DNA of 27,207 nt, from positions 1 through 27,207 of the IMG/VR virus record IMGVR_UViG_3300032931_000218; one strand, written 5' to 3'. Shown here one piece after another: positions 1 to 6,826 of the stretch. Origin of the DNA: a virus. Lineage: Duplodnaviria > Caudoviricetes. The stretch's first letter is position 1. Each line of letters starts with the position of its first letter. The notes below the pieces were generated by a model. The model was not told where the DNA came from, made no database searches, and saw only the letters and a list, made by a program, of their open reading frames with translations. A program made the position numbers and the translations under genes.

Positions 1-864
1 ATCGGGGTTCTTGTACACTTTGGCAGAGTTGTCGCCTTCAGTATGGGTCTTCAACAGGCGCATTTTTGGGGACACGCCCCATGTAGATCCGCCCTTAGCG
101 TGGCCGGTACGGGCAGTAGGCTTCACCATCTTCTTGATGAGCGCCTTGTCAGCCGCAACGTCCTCGTGCTTGGCCTCGCCGCCCTTCTTCATGCCGGTAG
201 CGCGCATGGGGGAAAGCGAACCCTTTTTGATGCCGGTGAAGTTCATTGTGGCGCTAGGAACGTCAGATACTGACGCAGCGCGGTTCATCATTCTCTCGGC
301 ACCCTGCATAGGGCCACCAACCATCTTGCCGGTACGACCACCGTCCTTGCGGGCGGGGGGCGTCATGGTGCCCTGAGCGCGCATGCGGCGGGCCTGCGCT
401 GGGGTAACATCTGGAACCTTGTTAGAAGGCTGCGGGGCGGCAGCGGCGGGGGCCTTTGTGTCGTCCTTCTTCAGGAAATCGGCAATTGCATCAACGGAGC
501 CGCCGTCTTCACGCTTCGTGCGGCCACCCTTCTTCATCCCGCCGACATGCTTGATGCCGTCGCGATATTCGTTAGCCTTCTTCACATCACGGTTGATGTA
601 ACGGTCAACGATGGGCATTTCTGCCTTGCCGCCAGCTTTGCGGGGCTTGCGATCAGCGCGGGTAGGGGCGCATTCGCCCATGACCTTGCCGCCCTTCTTG
701 AACGCGCGGCGGGAAACCGGGCGCATCCCAGTCTTTGCCTGAGCGTTAAGCAACTCGGGGGGCGTCCAAGTAGAAGAATCCACTTTTTCAGTAGGACGAT
801 CAGAACCAAGGCGGTCGGCCTTAGCTTTCATGGCCGCTCGGGCCTTTTTGGCAACGTCTGACAT
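1..864 (-). CDS. Lys/Arg/Gly-rich putative virion internal/scaffold-like protein with repeated KxGG motifs (3' end outside window)
   Basis: Not in the ORF track because it runs off the edge. Translated by hand: ATG at 864 with GGAG RBS, open to base 1: MSDVAKKARAAMKAKADRL...AFKKGGKV...RKAGGKA...GMKKGGRTKREDGGSV...RKDGGRTG...GMKKGGEAKHEDVAADKALIKKMVK...HAKGGSTW. Function inferred from its position after the portal. Confidence 0.8.
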   Translation of the reverse strand, partial: MSDVAKKARAAMKAKADRLGSDRPTEKVDSSTWTPPELLNAQAKTGMRPVSRRAFKKGGKVMGECAPTRADRKPRKAGGKAEMPIVDRYINRDVKKANEYRDGIKHVGGMKKGGRTKREDGGSVDAIADFLKKDDTKAPAAAAPQPSNKVPDVTPAQARRMRAQGTMTPPARKDGGRTGKMVGGPMQGAERMMNRAASVSDVPSATMNFTGIKKGSLSPMRATGMKKGGEAKHEDVAADKALIKKMVKPTARTGHAKGGSTWGVSPKMRLLKTHTEGDNSAKVYKNPD

Positions 865-899
865 GTCAACTCCAAGGTTTACTAGGCGTCCCTAGCGGC

Positions 900-2954
900 T
901 TAAGCCTTCCTAGATGTTAGCATAAGAGCGCGCTGTACGATAGAACCGCCATTTGCAGCCATAATGTTATTTTCGGATGCCCGATCTGGGTCAAATTCTG
1001 CAAATTTTGACCTTATGTTCTCCCCTTTTAGGTGAAGAACGCTGATGCTTCCCGGATCTTCAACGCTATTGATGTACGGAACATGATCGTACCCTTGTTC
1101 GCGAAGCATTTTTGCAAATTGAATTTGCGGATCATAAATTCCTTTTAAATTGTTGTCTTTGCCAAACTTTTTAACCTTCGACCTAATTTGCAATTCCGTA
1201 AACGGCTGTCCATTTCGATTAAGGAAAGGACTTTCAAGCTTTACCTTCAAGGGCATAATAGACGGGCGTTCAGAATCGCCAACAGGAAATAACTTTTGCT
1301 TTTCCCAGTCCTTTACACCAAAGTATTTTTTAGACCGATCTTCAGCAGCTTGTAATGTTCCAAGGTGAACACCCGGAAGATCGTGCGCCTGCCGTCCAGC
1401 TTTCATTTGAAACTTTTCAAATGGTTCAGTTGCCCGTGTCGCATGGTACAAATCGTGCGTAAATCCAAGAGCGTTTGCCCTCTCATTTACATCATCAACA
1501 GTCCCACCCTTCGCATACTTGCGCTTTACGTTGACGAGTTTGTCGTCAAAGACAACGTAGTTGTGGCTTCCATTTTCTTTGATTTCAGTGTCGTAGCCCT
1601 TTGCGGCATATTCTTTCGCATGGTTTTGGGCCTGTTGAAAGGTTTTCATAGGAATTGGGTCAGTATACGGTATGCCTCTATGGCTAATGTGCAAGGCATA
1701 CGCACCATCCGGCCTAGAGCCCGCATCCAAGTAACGGATTCCATTTATGCCTGCCGCATGCAAAACTTTGGAAGCATGTTCTTTGCCGCCTAAAATCTCA
1801 TCAATGTCCGTATGAAGATCTTCACCGCGCGGGCTATATGTTTGACTGCGCGGATGTCGCCCAACTACAGCGGCCAAAGATAAATGCTCGAAAGGATCAA
1901 TATCCAGTTGACCAGCTATGTGCCTGATAGCTTTTTGCACATGCTCACTTTGTTCACTAATTGGCTTATCCCAATCAAGAAAATGGTCGGGATGAGCATT
2001 GATATGGACTTCATACATATGGCCTTTATGAGGAGCTGCGTTCCTAGCCTTTAAGGCATGCAATTTTTTTAAATCCCTATGAACTCTATCATCATAAGGA
2101 TCGTTTTGGAGAAGCCCTTGCGCTCTATCTATGGCGGGGTCTATGCCCTTATAAGCTGCAACTCGGACGTTCATATGTTCAAGATTTTTGTATGGGTCAA
2201 AAATTTCTCCGGTATCCGTTTTGTAAGTTCCTTCAGAAAGCTTATCTCGATAACCTTTAGCAACAGGCTCATTTTCTGCAAAATATAACCCATGCCCATA
2301 TGCCTGCGCACCCTCACCTGTCCCAAGCTTGGACATGTCAAACTGTTCAAAGTCATGTGGAGAACCGTGATAGGCGGTGATGCCTTCATCGTCATCAGGG
2401 TTGCCTACAATTCCGCCGTCAGCCTTCACGATCACATGATCATAGACTGGATGCTCTTTGCCGCGCACCGATATGCTTCCGACTTGCGCGCCCTTGGTTA
2501 GGTTTCCACGAGTGGTTGGGCGTAGACGGGGTTCACTTTTTTTTTCAGCGTACCGTGCAAGTTCCACGCCTTTGGGGAAATGAGCGTTCAGCGCGTAATG
2601 ATGGCCCCCCCGATGCTCAACAGAGACAATCGTGTTCGTGTCCTCATGGCCTTCGGGTGCTTGCAGCCAATTCCACCCAGCCTTTTGCTTGAACAGATTT
2701 GTCTTGGCTATAGCGCTTCCACGCCCCGGCGATCCCGTCTGCTCAACGGAATCCGTGGACGCATTGAAGTAGGGACGACCACCGGGATTGACGCCAATGG
2801 AGGCCATAGCGGCCTTGTGGCCCGTCATGTCTTCCTTGGTGCGGGTATTGAGATACTGCCCGCCAGCAGGGCGCGCATCCTCTGGGAACATGCGCTGCGG
2901 CTTGGGGAAGACAGAAACCGGATTGTTGATCTGAGGAAGATCGTCAGCCATCAC
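900..2954 (-). CDS. Three-module protein: unknown N-terminal domain plus two ADP-ribosyltransferase-like (ART-PolyVal-type) domains
   Basis: Module 2: AYHGSPHDFEQFDMSKLGTGEGAQAYGHGLYFAE...GINGIRYLD...NYVVFDD. Module 3: LYHATR...GVHLGT...IMPLKVKLESP...QGYDHV...NIRSKFAEFDP. Both resemble ART domains of phage polyvalent proteins. Start overlaps the upstream stop codon. Confidence 0.7.
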   Translation of the reverse strand: MMADDLPQINNPVSVFPKPQRMFPEDARPAGGQYLNTRTKEDMTGHKAAMASIGVNPGGRPYFNASTDSVEQTGSPGRGSAIAKTNLFKQKAGWNWLQAPEGHEDTNTIVSVEHRGGHHYALNAHFPKGVELARYAEKKSEPRLRPTTRGNLTKGAQVGSISVRGKEHPVYDHVIVKADGGIVGNPDDDEGITAYHGSPHDFEQFDMSKLGTGEGAQAYGHGLYFAENEPVAKGYRDKLSEGTYKTDTGEIFDPYKNLEHMNVRVAAYKGIDPAIDRAQGLLQNDPYDDRVHRDLKKLHALKARNAAPHKGHMYEVHINAHPDHFLDWDKPISEQSEHVQKAIRHIAGQLDIDPFEHLSLAAVVGRHPRSQTYSPRGEDLHTDIDEILGGKEHASKVLHAAGINGIRYLDAGSRPDGAYALHISHRGIPYTDPIPMKTFQQAQNHAKEYAAKGYDTEIKENGSHNYVVFDDKLVNVKRKYAKGGTVDDVNERANALGFTHDLYHATRATEPFEKFQMKAGRQAHDLPGVHLGTLQAAEDRSKKYFGVKDWEKQKLFPVGDSERPSIMPLKVKLESPFLNRNGQPFTELQIRSKVKKFGKDNNLKGIYDPQIQFAKMLREQGYDHVPYINSVEDPGSISVLHLKGENIRSKFAEFDPDRASENNIMAANGGSIVQRALMLTSRKA

Positions 2955-5611
2955 TTCTCTCCATCAAACAACGGTTCTCCAGCTTCCGCAGTGCGAATGT
3001 GGACGCCGGGGATGTTGAGGGCGGGGTGAATGCGGGTTTTACCGCCGCGCGCTAGTTCTTGTTCAACCTCGCCGCCATCGGCAAAGGTTGTCCCATGCTC
3101 CTGCTGGATGCTTTCAAGCATGCGATTATTGATCGGCTGAATTGCTTGGCGCATCTCGGTGTTGCCGCGATAGGAAGAGCGGCCTTGATCATTTGGTGAG
3201 TAAGGATGAATGATCAGCGGCTCACCAGTTTTCTTAACGACAGCCTTGTCCATGACTTGCCCTTCAGTGAAGTCGGGCGTTGCAATATGGCGCTCAATGA
3301 ACGGCAATTTACCAACCAACTTGCCGCCAGTCGGCCACCCATAAGTTGAATGCTCGAATGCAAGGTTTCTTTTGTCGTAGGTGTCGGGGTCAAGCTCAAC
3401 TACATGGTGGCCCATCATGTTCCCGGAGACATCCAGCAACTCGGGGTCCGTGATAGCGGCGCGAGTAATGCCAACGGAAGGAAACCCAGACTTTTGCCAA
3501 GGAGCGGCTTCCATATACTTAACAATTGCACCTCGATGGCCTCCCGAAAGGGTTTTAGCAAAGTCTCGCGCTTTTTCGGCGTTTTGAATGCCGGGCCAAT
3601 TTTTCATAATTTCTTTAACCGCTTCACGCTTCTGAATATCTTTTTCAGAAGATCCTTTGATGTGATCGCCTTTTTTCAAGCTATCATCGAAAGCCTTGGC
3701 GTCGTTTTTAGAGATGCCGGACCCCGGTATCTGGGCCATCAGCACATCGAACATGTTGTTTGCAGAATCAACCGCAGTTGGCCCCATTGCGGCAAAAGCC
3801 CCATATACAGGCCCCCGTTTAGCAGCCTCAAGGATATTTTTGCGCAACGCAGAACGCGCGCCCTTGGCATTTGCCCACACAGCGCCGGGGTTTGGCTCAG
3901 TCATGTACTTAGTGCCAGCATGCAGATCGACGGGCCACGCCAGTTCCTTGCCATTGATATGCGTCAGCCGCCCAAGGTTAGACCTGTCGCCGCCAAGGGT
4001 GAACAGTGTCCCGCCCTTTCCAAGCTTGTGAAAGGCATTCCAAGACATGTTTTGGGCCTGTTTCGGAACCGCATTCCCTAGCGGGCCAATAGTTGTCTGT
4101 ACATTGTGCGCCGCCATCGGAAGAACGCGCGCAGAGTAAGCTCCGCGCTCATGCGTAGGCATGTCGTAGCTGGCGCGAGCTTGGAGGTATTTTGCCAACA
4201 TTACAGGGTCATCGTGATCGGGACGCAGTAGCTGTGACATGCGCCGTTGAAGTTCAGTGTCTTCAGCCGACATGCCACCGCCACGAGCGTAGCCTTCACC
4301 AACAGCTTCCAACGCCTTGTTGACGATTCCGCCGTCTGCACGGTGGATCATATGGTGCATGCTGATGTAGCCGCCGCGCTTTTCGCCGCCGCCATCACCG
4401 CCACCGCCACCTCCACCGCCGTCACCACCCCCACTATCGCCGCCGCTTCCACCACCGCCGTTATCGCCGCCGCTGTTGTCGCCGCCCCCGCCAAAGCCGC
4501 CACCGCTATCGTTGCCGCCGCTGCTGTCGTCGCCGTTAGTTCCGCCGCCAAAGCCGCCACCAAAGCCGCCGTCGCCACCAAGACCGCTACCAAATGAGCC
4601 GGTTTCACCGCCAATGCTTCCATCGCCAAAGCCGCCACCAAAACCACTGCCAGTTCCAGCACCAAACGACCCAGTTTCGCCACCTATGGAACCATCATTA
4701 GCAGCGGTGCCTGATATGCCGCCAATGCCTGCCCCAAATGACCCAGTGTCACCGCCAATGGTTCCATCACCAAGACTGCCACCAATCGCGCCGCCGCCAA
4801 ACGGACCACCGCCGTAAGCTTCACCGCCTATGGTTCCATCCGCAATGCTGGCCCCAAAAGCTGCCGGTGCTGCATCAGCTACAGCCGGGGCAGCGTCCGC
4901 AATGGTGTCTTCCGCCATAGGGGCCGGTGCGGCAGGCGCAGAAGGGGCTGCGGGGGCCGCAGGAGCAGCCGGAGCGGTGGGATCGGATGACTTGCTATAG
5001 GAGGTGCCCGACATCGCTGTAGGGCTGCTGTAGGAGCCCGTAACCATTCCCCCAAGGGTAGGCCCGCCGACTAGACCGGATATGCTGTTGGCAATGCCCA
5101 GAGGCCCGCCAACCAAACCAAACCCAGCATTGATCGCAGCCGTTCCGGGGTTGTTCATGGCATTATCTAGCATGCCTATACCCGTATTGACCGGGCCATA
5201 GGTTTCGCCATAGGTGTTGCTGCCAAACGTGTTGCCGGGCGCTCCCGGTGCGCCGCCCGTCGAACCATCGTTGCCGCCGCTGCCATTGTCATCGCGGGGA
5301 CCAGAACCAAATGCTGATTCACTAGGCGTAGCGGCAGGAGTAGCAGGCTGCGGAGCTTGATAGGGGGGCGGGGCGGGTTGTTGAGGCTGCGTTGCACCAA
5401 TAGGATTTGTGCTGGTAGCTAATTGGGGATTTGGTTTGGTGCCATCATAGACCCCCGGCCACAAAGTTTTGGGATCACCGCCATGTAGCATGGCATCAGC
5501 GGAACCCTGCAATTGGTTCCAGCGAGATAGCTGATCCGTAGGTGCGCCGCCATTGGCGAAACGCTGACGAGCAATCCTGAGAGCATTTTGGATGGCGAGG
5601 TGGCGGCTCAT
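2951..5611 (-). CDS. Large putative virion internal/ejection protein: Gly/Pro/Ala-rich N-half with a hydrophobic segment and 24-aa repeats, globular C-half of unknown function
   Basis: 886-aa ORF with AGGA RBS, in the post-portal operon. Contains low-complexity regions, the Gly-rich hydrophobic segment AAINAGFGLVGGPLGIANSISGLVGG, and six A/K-x-GG motifs. Confidence 0.7.
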   Translation of the reverse strand: MSRHLAIQNALRIARQRFANGGAPTDQLSRWNQLQGSADAMLHGGDPKTLWPGVYDGTKPNPQLATSTNPIGATQPQQPAPPPYQAPQPATPAATPSESAFGSGPRDDNGSGGNDGSTGGAPGAPGNTFGSNTYGETYGPVNTGIGMLDNAMNNPGTAAINAGFGLVGGPLGIANSISGLVGGPTLGGMVTGSYSSPTAMSGTSYSKSSDPTAPAAPAAPAAPSAPAAPAPMAEDTIADAAPAVADAAPAAFGASIADGTIGGEAYGGGPFGGGAIGGSLGDGTIGGDTGSFGAGIGGISGTAANDGSIGGETGSFGAGTGSGFGGGFGDGSIGGETGSFGSGLGGDGGFGGGFGGGTNGDDSSGGNDSGGGFGGGGDNSGGDNGGGGSGGDSGGGDGGGGGGGGDGGGEKRGGYISMHHMIHRADGGIVNKALEAVGEGYARGGGMSAEDTELQRRMSQLLRPDHDDPVMLAKYLQARASYDMPTHERGAYSARVLPMAAHNVQTTIGPLGNAVPKQAQNMSWNAFHKLGKGGTLFTLGGDRSNLGRLTHINGKELAWPVDLHAGTKYMTEPNPGAVWANAKGARSALRKNILEAAKRGPVYGAFAAMGPTAVDSANNMFDVLMAQIPGSGISKNDAKAFDDSLKKGDHIKGSSEKDIQKREAVKEIMKNWPGIQNAEKARDFAKTLSGGHRGAIVKYMEAAPWQKSGFPSVGITRAAITDPELLDVSGNMMGHHVVELDPDTYDKRNLAFEHSTYGWPTGGKLVGKLPFIERHIATPDFTEGQVMDKAVVKKTGEPLIIHPYSPNDQGRSSYRGNTEMRQAIQPINNRMLESIQQEHGTTFADGGEVEQELARGGKTRIHPALNIPGVHIRTAEAGEPLFDGEK
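4580..4845 (-). repeat. In-frame 72-bp (24-aa) tandem repeat, 4 degenerate copies (DG[T/S]IGG[E/D]...)
   Basis: DGxIGG-coding 18-mers at 4607, 4679, 4751 and 4823, exactly 72 bp apart. Three copies continue with TGSFG[A/S]G. Confidence 0.85.
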
Positions 5612-5626
5612 CAGCGTTTCCTATGT

Positions 5627-6826
5627 TTAGCGTTGGCGCATCAGCAAATGATGGATGATTTCAAGCGCTTTGTGCATTGCAGCATCTTTGCCGCCAACAG
5701 CACCGCCGCGCTTCTTGCCTTCATCAGTATCAGATGACAAAGATTGTCGCTGCATGCGGGCCTTGTCCGCACGGAAGAAGTCGGACGGACTTTCAGAACT
5801 ACCCCAATTCACGCCCTTGTCGTCCACAACACGTTGGCCGGTGGACTGATAGTCATTGCCGCTGAAGATCTTGCCCAGCAAATTGCTGATGGAAGATCCC
5901 GATTCCGTAGGAGCGGCAGTATCCGTAGCGGGGCGACGGGGAGGAAGCGGGGCGGCGGACGATGAAGGCGCAACGCGAAGGGAAGCGCTAGGGGCCGCTT
6001 TGTCCATAGCAAAACGCAGATAGTCATCTGAGCCAAGACGCACAGGCATGTTGCTGGTAGCGCCTTCAGTGTCACGAGCATACGGAACACCGAAACGTGC
6101 TGTTCCTTGCCCAATATTGTCTGGCGCAGTCATTGGGCGGGTCATCATTGGTAATGACGTTCTTGCGGGGGCCGTGCTTTCTACAGCAGCGGGAGGCGCA
6201 ACCGGAGGTGCTTCACGGTTTTCCACAGCAGAAGGGGCCGCTGATGCGCTAGAAACAGGGCGATCCGGGGGAGTGAGTACGGATATTGCCCTGTCGATGA
6301 TGCTAGGCGAGCGCTGCTCCTTGAACGATCCGGTATCATAAGTTGGCGCGGCTGCGGGTGCTTTCCTTTGAAAAGACAAATCATACCAAGGTTTTGCCGG
6401 TTCTTTTCCAGCCGTAGCAAAGCTGCTTGCCCTTGCTGCTTCCTCAGAAGTCATAGCGGGTGAGCGGCCATACATCTGCTCATAGAGCGTTCCCTGCTGT
6501 TGCTTGCGAGCCGCTGCATCGGCAGCTTCTTCCGGCGAAAATTCTCTTGCCGTAGGATCAAACCCCGGCAGATCGGAATCACTAGCGCGGGTATTATCTA
6601 GCGAGCGGGGATATGAACGGGGCAACCGTGCAAATAGCTCATCGTAATCTGCGCGGCCCGGATCTCTTGTATTAAGTTTCTGAGCGGCTTGAAGTTCTTC
6701 ATCAGCGCGCCGCTCCACTTCCTGCTTTGCCATCGACAGCGCTTCGCCCGGCGTAAAGCCACGGCGCAAGAACGAATTGAAGAGGCGGGTTTCTGTAGAA
6801 AGTTCTGCGTCATCCCTAGCCATCAC
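5627..6826 (-). CDS. Ala/Pro/Ser-rich, largely disordered putative virion protein with C-terminal KRGG...HKALEII tail
   Basis: 399-aa ORF overlapping the portal stop codon, with a strong AGGAGGT RBS. Confidence 0.7.
   Translation of the reverse strand: MMARDDAELSTETRLFNSFLRRGFTPGEALSMAKQEVERRADEELQAAQKLNTRDPGRADYDELFARLPRSYPRSLDNTRASDSDLPGFDPTAREFSPEEAADAAARKQQQGTLYEQMYGRSPAMTSEEAARASSFATAGKEPAKPWYDLSFQRKAPAAAPTYDTGSFKEQRSPSIIDRAISVLTPPDRPVSSASAAPSAVENREAPPVAPPAAVESTAPARTSLPMMTRPMTAPDNIGQGTARFGVPYARDTEGATSNMPVRLGSDDYLRFAMDKAAPSASLRVAPSSSAAPLPPRRPATDTAAPTESGSSISNLLGKIFSGNDYQSTGQRVVDDKGVNWGSSESPSDFFRADKARMQRQSLSSDTDEGKKRGGAVGGKDAAMHKALEIIHHLLMRQR

Noticed and set aside
11-861. Plus-strand ORFs at 11-861 and other long antisense ORFs (e.g. 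3350-4081, 7354-8565, 15225-15800)
   Set aside because: Shadow frames of real minus-strand genes; no RBS or recognisable motifs.
860-872. GAGTTGACATGTC resembles the early promoter block
   Set aside because: Explained by GGAG RBS + spacer + ATG of ORF 1-864; lacks CATGCA, a -10 element and GANTC.
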